Below, piece by piece: positions 19,198-27,731 of a DNA stretch of 64,000 bases. The notes beneath the pieces are model-generated. The model saw only the letters and a list, made by a program, of their open reading frames with translations, made no database searches and had not been told where the DNA came from. The translations under genes were made by a program, and so were the position numbers. Origin of the DNA: an uncultured bacterium (GTDB lineage: Bacteria; Patescibacteriota; Minisyncoccia; UBA6257; GWB1-50-10); contig CAIKKG010000027.1 of NCBI GenBank assembly GCA_903827975.1, forward strand, positions 5,403 through 69,402, in the 5' to 3' direction. Each line of letters starts with the position of its first letter. Within the stretch, counting starts at the first letter, position 1.

Positions 19198-19491
19198 TTA
19201 AGATAGGTTGATGTGCGGAGTAAGTGCCTTCACAATGGCAATATTTGCGAGACACGTGTCGCAAATGCCACCGACCTGAGTCGCGTGAACTGAGGAGTAA
19301 TTCCATGGAATGCTCTGTCTTTGAATGAGTAGTCTTCCACCCATGGTGCAGTAATCCGTGTACTCCTTGTACTCGCACCCAGAGCGCTCTGGAGCTTCTG
19401 TTAGTGCGCGACGATGTTCAACTCTTTTCTCAACAATCTCAGACTCCATACACACCACACACAGGTAGCGCTTTTCTTGTGGTACACTCAC
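19198..19491 (-). CDS. Small CxxC...CxxC putative zinc-binding protein (paralog 1)
   Basis: GTG start with AAAGGAGG SD; RYLCVVC...GGICDTCL. Confidence 0.7.
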   Translation of the reverse strand: MSVPQEKRYLCVVCMESEIVEKRVEHRRALTEAPERSGCEYKEYTDYCTMGGRLLIQRQSIPWNYSSVHATQVGGICDTCLANIAIVKALTPHINLS

Positions 19492-19599
19492 ACATCCTCC
19501 TTTAGGATAAGAACTGCAAATAACCTAACATCCGTATTTGTATATAGCAAGTAAAATTAATTTAAATAAAAACCCCGTCGATTGACGGGGATTTATAAT

Positions 19600-19911
19600 T
19601 TATAATACAGAACCTTCGACAAACGTGAGATATGGAAGAAGTCGTTTCACAACTTCCGTTTTCAAACAGTTTTCACAAATACCTCCATATGGAGGTTTGC
19701 TCTTGCCCTCGGTTGCTGATGCAACAAGCGGGTCCAACCATGGAGCCTCTGGGTGACCAGCTAAAAGTGAGCCGAACCAAACCTTGTAATTGCCGTGGCA
19801 TGGAAAATCTCCCTCACCGACATCTACACTTTGTTCTACTCGTGTTTGAATAATTGAGCTGTGAGAACAGACAACACACGAATACTTTCTCGTCTCTGTC
19901 ATTAAGGCCAT
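19600..19911 (-). CDS. Small CxxC...CxxC putative zinc-binding protein (paralog 2)
   Basis: AAAGGGAGG SD; KYSCVVC...GGICENCL. Confidence 0.7.
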   Translation of the reverse strand: MALMTETRKYSCVVCSHSSIIQTRVEQSVDVGEGDFPCHGNYKVWFGSLLAGHPEAPWLDPLVASATEGKSKPPYGGICENCLKTEVVKRLLPYLTFVEGSVL

Positions 19912-19986
19912 ACAACCTCCCTTTTAAATAAGAACTAAACAAAAAGTAGCAAATGATTAGTTTGAGCGCAAGGTATTTAGCTTAAT

Positions 19987-20655
19987 TTATGAAAAGTCCT
20001 TCGCATCAACCTCATCTTCTTCAAGAGCCTTCTCCGCCTCCTTCTCCTGGAAAGGAATATTTTTCCTCAATAATTTTTTGAAGAAGAATTCCATAGAAAA
20101 TAGAATTAGTATTACTATTAGAATTCCGTACTCGGCTTGTTTAACCATCCTTCCAGATTTTAGGAAATTAATTCCTGACATAAAGAAGTATGCAAAGCCG
20201 GTAACTGCCGTAAACCAAATTATTACGCCAGTCAGATATGAACGCATAAATACACTAAATTTAGTCTTTGACCATCCAGCGAGAAGAATAACAAAAATAT
20301 TTACACCGATAAGAAATTTCGCGCCAACTAATAATTTAGTGAGATTATTTTTTAAATAATAAAAGTATGATTGGAACCGCTTACTTGGCTTTAATCTATT
20401 TATATAAATCTTCCAGCCGAAGCGCGTATTACGCAACATTCTACCAATCAAGAAAATTGTTGTTTCTCCAGTAATAAGCGAGAGTGGTGCGAAAATAAGA
20501 AATTCAGACCAGGTTAATTTTCCACTTACAATAAGAAATACAGAGAGCATTATTGCAAGCTCGCCCTGTATTAGTATCGCAGCACCTATAATAAAATGAG
20601 TCCAGGATGGATACTGGACGATTAGCTGACCTACGGTATCTAGAAATTGACCCAT
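19987..20655 (-). CDS. DedA/VTT family membrane protein
   Basis: QGELAIML..GETTIFLIGR..AKFLIGVN..LAGWSK pattern. Confidence 0.75.
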   Translation of the reverse strand: MGQFLDTVGQLIVQYPSWTHFIIGAAILIQGELAIMLSVFLIVSGKLTWSEFLIFAPLSLITGETTIFLIGRMLRNTRFGWKIYINRLKPSKRFQSYFYYLKNNLTKLLVGAKFLIGVNIFVILLAGWSKTKFSVFMRSYLTGVIIWFTAVTGFAYFFMSGINFLKSGRMVKQAEYGILIVILILFSMEFFFKKLLRKNIPFQEKEAEKALEEDEVDAKDFS

Positions 20656-20735
20656 GCCAAACTGTTATACTACAAGTATGGAACTTTTTCCAGTGTAAAA
20701 AAATAATTAGTCGAAAATAAACAAACTTTTATTCA

Positions 20736-21176
20736 ATGAAAATATTTGTAACAAGAGAGAGTGTGCGCACGAAAGCGGTAAGACCAAGCGGTCCAGGTGG
20801 ACACATGGCTGATAGAAGATCGATGAAGATACAGATGTGGGCGCTAGTAGAAAAACTTCCGCTTACGGAGGCGCATAAAAAAATGGTTAGGAAAAATCTC
20901 GCACATCGCATAAACAAGAAGGATGAGCTCGAGGTAATGTGTGAGGCTGAACGTTCTCAAGAAGAGAATCGTGATACGGCGTTGGAACTAATGAATACAT
21001 TAATTGCTGATGCAATCAAAGTTAAGAAGCCACGTATTCCAACCGAGCCCCCAAGAAATGTGAAGGATGAGGGTGTCCGCCAACGTGAACTTCGTTATAC
21101 AAAGAAAAAAGAGCGAAAAACTTCTAAAGCTGAGACGCGTCCAAACATGGGCAAGCTCAAAAATCTTGTAGGCTAA
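20736..21176 (+). CDS. arfB: ArfB/YaeJ-like ribosome rescue peptidyl-tRNA hydrolase (GGH variant)
   Basis: RPSGPGGH, RINKKDEL, ERSQEENR, KPRIPTEPP and a basic tail. Confidence 0.75.
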   Translation: MKIFVTRESVRTKAVRPSGPGGHMADRRSMKIQMWALVEKLPLTEAHKKMVRKNLAHRINKKDELEVMCEAERSQEENRDTALELMNTLIADAIKVKKPRIPTEPPRNVKDEGVRQRELRYTKKKERKTSKAETRPNMGKLKNLVG

Positions 21177-21223
21177 AGGGGTTGTAATATCATCCATATT
21201 TTCGTACTATATGGAGTGCGTAT

Positions 21224-21296
21224 GGTGCCTATGGTGTAAAGGTTAACACTGGAGTTTGTGGAACTCTCGATTCGGGTTCAATTCCCGATAGGCACC
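21224..21296 (+). tRNA. tRNA-His(GTG) with encoded G-1
   Basis: G-GTGCCTA/TAGGCAC-C, GGAGT-TTGTGGA-ACTCT, GGTTCAATTCC. Confidence 0.95.
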
Positions 21297-21335
21297 CAGA
21301 AAAAGAAAACCCCGAGTGGGGTTTTTCTTTTTATT

Positions 21336-21425
21336 TATCGGGAATTGAACTGGAAGGGGGTCGGGGAAACTTAAGTTTCCCCGTGGTGGAAGCATTGAAC
21401 CGCCGGCAAACTATTTGTTCGAGAG
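21336..21425 (+). repeat. tRNA-His-associated element, family B (no 3' duplication seen)
   Basis: 15-nt perfect inverted T-arm copy at 21336-21350, then GGAAGGGGGTCGGGGAAAC..GTTTCC.CGTGG.GGAAG.ATTGAA shared with the Pro element. Confidence 0.8.
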
Positions 21426-21538
21426 TTTTTGATTGAGTACAAAAGAATGAATTTAATAAAACCTATCAATGTTATGACGGTTTTTAGTTTTAGTATTTTC
21501 TTTTAAAATAGTCGTTAATGCTATATTATGAAGATAAT

Positions 21539-22105
21539 ATGAAACATGGACGTGAGGATATCTTTGGTGGACCCAATTTCTTTCAGAAAAATGAAGAAAT
21601 CTATAATAAATTTCTTAATGAGAGTGTTCACCACTCATTAGGTTTTTTTATATTAGCACCATCAGGCACTGGAAAAACACATTTTATAGTTCGTCAGGAA
21701 GAAAAAAATTGGATTGACGGGGATACACTATGGATTTCGACGAAAGCGCATCCTGATACAGATTGGTGGACCAAAGGCCCCGAAATTATTAAGGAGGTTG
21801 ATGCAAGAAGCGATGTGATTACTCAGGAGGCAAAAAGATTAGGATTGTGGGTCTTAGGAGCTTCAAATAATTGGCTAAGACCAGACGCAGTTGTTCTACC
21901 TCCTTGGGATACAAATGTTGCTTATATAAAACACCGTCAGGAAAATAACTATGATGGCGGGCTTAAGACGGATCAACTTGCACAGCTTGAGGCCCATCGT
22001 TTGGAGATTGAAGATATGGCTAAGCAGAAAAATGTTCCTATTTTTGAATCAGTAGAGAAAGCAACATCCTACATTGAAGAACTTTATAAACAGTCTAATA
22101 TATAA
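21539..22105 (+). CDS. P-loop NTPase/kinase-like protein
   Basis: FFILAPSGTGKT Walker A, WIDGD. Confidence 0.7.
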   Translation: MKHGREDIFGGPNFFQKNEEIYNKFLNESVHHSLGFFILAPSGTGKTHFIVRQEEKNWIDGDTLWISTKAHPDTDWWTKGPEIIKEVDARSDVITQEAKRLGLWVLGASNNWLRPDAVVLPPWDTNVAYIKHRQENNYDGGLKTDQLAQLEAHRLEIEDMAKQKNVPIFESVEKATSYIEELYKQSNI

Positions 22106-22108
22106 CTA

Positions 22109-22978
22109 ATGAATTTTGAGAATTTTCAAAATCAACCACCTAATAAGGTGGAGATGAGTTCAAAGACAATCGAACGCACACCACCAGCACCTGGCGGCAC
22201 TCTCGTAATTATGCAACGACACGGTAATTACGATAGAGCGACAGGACACCTAACTTCAGAGGGTAAGGTGGACGCACTTGCGCGTTCCCATGAAATAATT
22301 GAAGACATTTTAAAACAAATTCCCGATGAAGAACGAGCGAGTGTGCGAGTCCTAGTTGTTGCTAGCCCGACAATAAAAAACGAGGGTCAGCGCAGTATGG
22401 AAACTGCTAGTGCTGTAATCGAGAGTGTCAAAACCACATTTGAGCAATACGGTATACCCGCAGAGAATCTTTTAACAGAGTCACCGCGTCCAGTAGAAGC
22501 AATTGAAGAGCCTAGAATGTTGAAGGACGATAGTGGTTTTAAGAAATTTCTAGAAGATGAATATGGTGCTGGCTCTGTAGAATTTTGGAAGGCTTATGAA
22601 GAAGAAAAACATAAAGAAGAACGGGAGAGGATGGGGGCGGAGGGTCCAATTGAAATGAGCGATAGATTTGCCCATTTTACTAATGTTTTGGCTAGGTATG
22701 CTCGTTTATTTCACTCAAAACATAAGCAAAATCCAGAAAGACTTATAATTTGGAATGTTTCGCACTATGACACCATTACAACCTTTTTTAAAAACCACAT
22801 AGCTGATATTTCACAGAATGAACATGTTCCAGTAGATTATGACGGCGGTATGAGTTTAATTATAAGTCCAGAGGGGCAGGCGAGCGTTAAAATAGATGGA
22901 ACAACATACCCCATGGAGTTAACCACTAGTGGCACCACTATAAAAAGACAGGATCATGTGGAAAATGGTGAGGCGTGA
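22109..22978 (+). CDS. Histidine phosphatase superfamily protein
   Basis: VIMQRHG, RSMETA, NVSHYD. Confidence 0.75.
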   Translation: MNFENFQNQPPNKVEMSSKTIERTPPAPGGTLVIMQRHGNYDRATGHLTSEGKVDALARSHEIIEDILKQIPDEERASVRVLVVASPTIKNEGQRSMETASAVIESVKTTFEQYGIPAENLLTESPRPVEAIEEPRMLKDDSGFKKFLEDEYGAGSVEFWKAYEEEKHKEERERMGAEGPIEMSDRFAHFTNVLARYARLFHSKHKQNPERLIIWNVSHYDTITTFFKNHIADISQNEHVPVDYDGGMSLIISPEGQASVKIDGTTYPMELTTSGTTIKRQDHVENGEA

Positions 22979-23199
22979 TTGAGTATATAATTTTGTGGAA
23001 TTTCATAATATATAGCCATATTATTTTTTCGCCAAAAATAGTTATAATGTTATCTACTACTGAACCAAGAAAAAAAATGGAACTCGAAAGAGTTCTTTTT
23101 TTGTAAATTAGAAACAAAAACATTTCGGGTTCGTTATATCTTGTGTGGTACAATAATTAAAGTAATAAAGTCGAGGTTTAATCAAAAAATAATCAAAAA

Positions 23200-24057
23200 A
23201 TGAATAAAAAAATAGTTACAGCAGTAATTGCAGCAAGCATTATAGTTCCTTTCGTGGCGGGCGCACAAACAACAAGCACCTTCCCGGGACCAAGACCCCC
23301 CGAAGATATGCGCCGGGGTTTTGATGATATTCGTAGGATTCAGGGTGGACCAGCAGCATCGTTTGCAACAGGAACCCCCCCAGTTCCAAAAGAAATGCGT
23401 GAAGATCTTAAGGATGGCGTAAGAAAGATTCAGGAAGAGGATAAAGAAGAGATTAATGGAATACGCGTAGAGTTTCATGCGCAGGCAGAGGCTGTAAGAG
23501 AGCAGTTTAAAAAACAGGCAGAGGCTGTAAGAGAAACAGCTAAAAAAGAGCTCGAATTAAAGAGGGAGATGGCAAAGAAGGAAATAGAAGGAATTAAGGA
23601 TACAAAAAAGAAAGAGATCGTGTTGCGAATGGATCAAAATCTTACCGCAATGAACACGAACATGATGGCGCGGTATACAGCAAATGTTGATCAGCTCGTG
23701 ACTGTTTTGGGCAACATAGATTCAAGAGTTAGTAGCGCACAGGCGCGTGGTATCGTGGTAACATCAGTAAGAACTGCACTTGCAACAGCTTCCACTAGTA
23801 TTGCATCAGCTCGTGCTGCAATTCTTGTGCAGACTGGAAAAACATATGCAGCAACAATTACATCTTCAAGTACAGCAAGGGCAGATCTTAAAGTAATTGC
23901 AGACAAACTAAAAGTAGACTTGAAGGTTGTTGAGACAGCAATAAAGAGCGCGCGTGATGCAGTTCATACTGCGGCAGTAGCATTGAGTCAGGTACAGGGA
24001 ACCGTTCCGCATATTGAAAGGACGACCTCAACGCAGAGCACAAGCACAACTCAATAA
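23200..24057 (+). CDS. Secreted coiled-coil hypothetical protein
   Basis: Signal peptide ending AGA-Q; long E/K/R-rich helices. Confidence 0.75.
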   Translation: MNKKIVTAVIAASIIVPFVAGAQTTSTFPGPRPPEDMRRGFDDIRRIQGGPAASFATGTPPVPKEMREDLKDGVRKIQEEDKEEINGIRVEFHAQAEAVREQFKKQAEAVRETAKKELELKREMAKKEIEGIKDTKKKEIVLRMDQNLTAMNTNMMARYTANVDQLVTVLGNIDSRVSSAQARGIVVTSVRTALATASTSIASARAAILVQTGKTYAATITSSSTARADLKVIADKLKVDLKVVETAIKSARDAVHTAAVALSQVQGTVPHIERTTSTQSTSTTQ

Positions 24058-24080
24058 AAACCTAAAATAATAATTAATTT

Positions 24081-24329
24081 ATGGAACAAACAAACGGAAA
24101 GAAAACAATGATGATAGTGATTGCACTTATTATTGTGATTGCAATTGCGGCATTCGTCTGGATGCGTGGTCCTCAGGCTGAGGTTCCGCCAGCACAAAAT
24201 GCACCAACTGCACCTGTGACTGGTGCGGTAATCACTCCAACTGATTTAGAGAGTATGGCGACAAGTGTCAATACGGGAGACTTAAATATGGAGTTTGATG
24301 CTATCAACAAAGATTTAAATTCTTTATAA
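24081..24329 (+). CDS. Small membrane-anchored hypothetical protein
   Basis: One TM and a P/A/T-rich linker. Confidence 0.65.
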   Translation: MEQTNGKKTMMIVIALIIVIAIAAFVWMRGPQAEVPPAQNAPTAPVTGAVITPTDLESMATSVNTGDLNMEFDAINKDLNSL

Positions 24330-24386
24330 ACCTAGTAGTTTGGAACAAGCCTCATCAAACGATGGGGTTTGTTTTATAATTCTTTT

Positions 24387-24956
24387 ATGAATACACAATT
24401 TTTTACTGGAGTTGGTGATACTGGAGAAAGTCAGCTTGGACAGAAAAGAATATCAAAGGACAATCCTTTATTTGATGTGCTTGGCGCGTTCGATGAGTTA
24501 AATGCATTTTCAGGTTGGTGCGTAGTTGAGGCGGGAAAAATAAAAAAAGATGTACCAAGAATTAGTGAGATTGAGGAGAATGTTAAAGAGTTGCAGGAAA
24601 TGATGTTTATTGCACAAGCTGAGATCGCGTCACTTGAAGTAGACCTTGGTCCTTTGCAAAAAATAACTTTGGAAAAAATAGAGAGACTAAATGAGATTAT
24701 TAAAAAAGTAGATTCGGAACTTCCGCCAATCACAAAGTTTATTATTCCTGGCGAGAGTGAGCTAGGCGTGCGCCTCGACATGGCAAGGGTTAGGGCGCGA
24801 GATGCTGAGCGCGTTCTCGTTCATCTTGGGCATACAAAGGAAATTCAGCCAGAACTTCTTAGTTTTGCAAACAGACTTTCAAGTGTATATTTTGCTCTTG
24901 CACGATTTGCAAACTTTTTACTTGGAGAGCAAGAGAAAAATCCTTCATATAAATAA
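24387..24956 (+). CDS. PduO-type ATP:cob(I)alamin adenosyltransferase
   Basis: FTGVGDTGES, GAFDELNA, FIIPG, ARVRARDAER, NRLSSVYFALAR. Confidence 0.85.
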   Translation: MNTQFFTGVGDTGESQLGQKRISKDNPLFDVLGAFDELNAFSGWCVVEAGKIKKDVPRISEIEENVKELQEMMFIAQAEIASLEVDLGPLQKITLEKIERLNEIIKKVDSELPPITKFIIPGESELGVRLDMARVRARDAERVLVHLGHTKEIQPELLSFANRLSSVYFALARFANFLLGEQEKNPSYK

Positions 24957-25029
24957 ATTTATTAAAACTTTACTCATTTTTTATTTTGGCGTATAAAGTG
25001 ATTAGTTATTTGACCTAAGGGAGGTTGTA

Positions 25030-25521
25030 ATGAGAAAAGTTAGAAAGCGTTTTACTGATGAATCGGCTATGGTCCTTTTTCGCGCGCCTATTTATGTATT
25101 TGCGGAAGAGCTTATGAAGCAGGACAGTAATGAGTTTTACAGGGAGGAAGACAGGGTGGTGCTTCTTAAGACATTTCTACGAATCGCGAAGAAGTGGAAG
25201 TTTACTCCCACTGAGTGCCAAACTCTGCTTGGGCTTTCAGCAATCAACCCTAAATCTTGGCAGTACTGGATTCGAAGGGCTAAGGATGGAAAAAGCTTTT
25301 CAAGAAGCAATCGGAGTAGGTTAGAACGAATTGCGTACATAATCAGTATCTATAAGTTTTCAAACTTTTTGTTTTGTGAGACCAATGGGGGATTCACCTG
25401 GTTTAATTCTCCAAATCCGGCATCACCATTTCTCGGGAAATCACCATTTCAATATGTTTTAGATGGTCGCATAGTTGGGCTTTATCGTGCATACGCACAC
25501 CTTGCCGCTATGAAGCCATAG
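25030..25521 (+). CDS. Xre/MbcA/ParS-like antitoxin domain protein (orphan)
   Basis: FLRIAKKWKFT..LLG, RLERIAYIISIYK, WFNSPN..PFLGKSPF..LDG. Confidence 0.7.
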   Translation: MRKVRKRFTDESAMVLFRAPIYVFAEELMKQDSNEFYREEDRVVLLKTFLRIAKKWKFTPTECQTLLGLSAINPKSWQYWIRRAKDGKSFSRSNRSRLERIAYIISIYKFSNFLFCETNGGFTWFNSPNPASPFLGKSPFQYVLDGRIVGLYRAYAHLAAMKP

Positions 25522-25590
25522 TAATTTTCCCCTCTGCACGTGCGGAGGGATTTTTATTTCGTAAAAAGTGCGATAGGATGATTTTAATAT

Positions 25591-26796
25591 ATGAAGCGAA
25601 TTTATTTTGATCACGCGGCATCTACGCCGACGCGCAAGGAAGTTATAAAGGCAATGACGCCATATTTTTCTTCATGCTTTGGAAATCCGAGCTCGCTTCA
25701 TTCGTTTGGGCAGGAGGGAATAAAGGCCATTGATAAAGCGAGAGAAACCGTGGCTCACGCACTTAATGCACAGTTTCGCGAAATAGTTTTTACGGGGTCT
25801 GCAACGGAGGCAAATAATCTTGCTTTGCGAGGAAGTATAAGACAGTTCAAATTACTAAATCCAAATGTAAGACCTCGCATATTAGTTTCTGCAATTGAAC
25901 ATGAGTCGGTTTTGGAAACCGCAAAAGATCTGGAAAGAGATGGTGTTGAGCGTGTAATTATTCCAGTTAATGAAAGTGGTCTTGTTGATGTTGAACGAAT
26001 AAAAAAAGAACTAAATGAACGTACGGTACTAATCTCTGTTATGTATGTAAATAATGAGATTGGAAGTGTTCAGCCACTTTCTGAAATAGCTGAGTTAATA
26101 AAAAAATGGAAAGCAGTTAGAAAAGAAAAGACACCATATCCAATTTTTCACACAGATGCTGTTCAGGCGTTTAATTATTTTGACTGTAATGTTGAGGGGC
26201 TCGGCGTAGACATGATGACGATTTCTGGACATAAGATTGGCGGACCGAAGGGTGTCGGGGTTTTGTATGTTAGAGACTTACAACCAAAAACAAATAATGT
26301 GCAGGGACAGAAAAAGATGCAACCTATTACAACTGGGGGTGGGCAGGAGTTTGGTATGCGCTCAGGCACAGAGAACGTTCCATGTATTGTTGGATTTGCA
26401 GAGGCTTTGAGGCTCGCATCACGTGAGCGGAAAAAAGAACGAGCGAGACTTTTAGCAATTAAAAAATATTTTTGGAGTGGTCTAAAAAAGATAATTACAG
26501 ATGTTCGTATATATGGTGCAGATGAGAAGCATTTTTCGGATGCATCTCCACACATTTTAAATGTAAGTTGGAGTGGTGCGCATATTGATGATGTAATTGT
26601 GCGTTTAGATATACTTGGAATTTCTGCCTCATCGGGTTCAGCATGTGCATCAAGGGCGAGTACTCACTCTCATGTGCTTTCTGCGCTCCTTGAGAATGCA
26701 TCTCGTGGAATACGATTTAGTTTTGGTAGGACAACTACCAAGAGTGAGATTGATGAGACCCTTAAAAGGATGAAAAAGGCTTTTAAGGCATATTAA
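25591..26796 (+). CDS. iscS: Cysteine desulfurase (IscS/NifS)
   Basis: YFDHAASTP, GNPSSLH, SGHKIGGPKG, SSGSAC. Confidence 0.92.
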   Translation: MKRIYFDHAASTPTRKEVIKAMTPYFSSCFGNPSSLHSFGQEGIKAIDKARETVAHALNAQFREIVFTGSATEANNLALRGSIRQFKLLNPNVRPRILVSAIEHESVLETAKDLERDGVERVIIPVNESGLVDVERIKKELNERTVLISVMYVNNEIGSVQPLSEIAELIKKWKAVRKEKTPYPIFHTDAVQAFNYFDCNVEGLGVDMMTISGHKIGGPKGVGVLYVRDLQPKTNNVQGQKKMQPITTGGGQEFGMRSGTENVPCIVGFAEALRLASRERKKERARLLAIKKYFWSGLKKIITDVRIYGADEKHFSDASPHILNVSWSGAHIDDVIVRLDILGISASSGSACASRASTHSHVLSALLENASRGIRFSFGRTTTKSEIDETLKRMKKAFKAY

Positions 26797-26821
26797 TTAG
26801 TTATTTAGTATAATTAGAAGT

Positions 26822-27592
26822 ATGGAACAAGAAAAATTAAAAAAATACACATTAGCCGTTTTTGGTTCTGCTGCGGTTCTCGTAGCATTCTCTGTTTGGA
26901 ATTATTCGGATGCGTATTCAAAATCAATTCAACCGAGTTCATTTCGTAGTTTCTCAGTAAGTGCAGAGGGGAAGTCAGTATCAATTCCTGATATTGCTTC
27001 TTTTACATTTAGTCTCGTAACTCAGGGAGACAAGAATCTTGCAAAAATACAGGGCGAGAATACAGACAAGATGAATAAGGCAATCGCATTTGTAAAAGCG
27101 AATGGCATTGCTGATAAGGATATAAAGACCGAGAGTTACTCAGTGCAACCAAGGTATCAGTACAGCACATGCCCACCAAACGGCGGGGTATGTCCTCCAG
27201 CAGAAATAGTAGGGTATGAGATTAATCAGTCAGTGCTCGTAAAAATTCGTGACTTTGCAAAGATCGGAGATATTCTTGCCGGCGTAGTGAATAATGGAGC
27301 AAACTCTGTTTCGGGTTTCCAGTTTACACTCGATAATCCTACAAGCGCACAAGATTTAGCACGTGCAGAGGCAATTCAGAAGGCAAAGGTAAAAGCCGAG
27401 GCGATTGCGAAAGCCGGTGGTTTCTCACTTGGAAGATTGCTTGGCATTTCAGAGGGTTCAAATTATCCTCAGCCAATGTATGCATATTCTACAAAAGCGA
27501 TGGCTGGTGCAGACTCAGCCTCTTCTCCTACTGTTGAAGCTGGCTCACAGGAGACGACGGTGAATGTAAGTTTGCAGTACGAGATACAGTAA
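26822..27592 (+). CDS. SIMPL/DUF541 domain protein
   Basis: VSAEGKSVSIPDIA, DIKTESYSVQPRY, AIQKAKVKAEAIA. Confidence 0.85.
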   Translation: MEQEKLKKYTLAVFGSAAVLVAFSVWNYSDAYSKSIQPSSFRSFSVSAEGKSVSIPDIASFTFSLVTQGDKNLAKIQGENTDKMNKAIAFVKANGIADKDIKTESYSVQPRYQYSTCPPNGGVCPPAEIVGYEINQSVLVKIRDFAKIGDILAGVVNNGANSVSGFQFTLDNPTSAQDLARAEAIQKAKVKAEAIAKAGGFSLGRLLGISEGSNYPQPMYAYSTKAMAGADSASSPTVEAGSQETTVNVSLQYEIQ

Positions 27593-27731
27593 ATATTAAA
27601 AATCCCCGCAAGTAGCGGGGATTTTTAATGAAATATTTTCTATAATATAAGTGTATTAAATAAGTCGAACATAATACGTTTTTTCCCCAGAATGGATTTG
27701 ACGTTTTATTATTTTATTTATAATTAAACAT

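Noticed and set aside
22992-23000. TTTGTGGAA matching the tRNA-His anticodon loop as a possible attR
   Set aside because: Only about 9 nt in AT-rich DNA with no following 3' tRNA sequence; compatible with chance.
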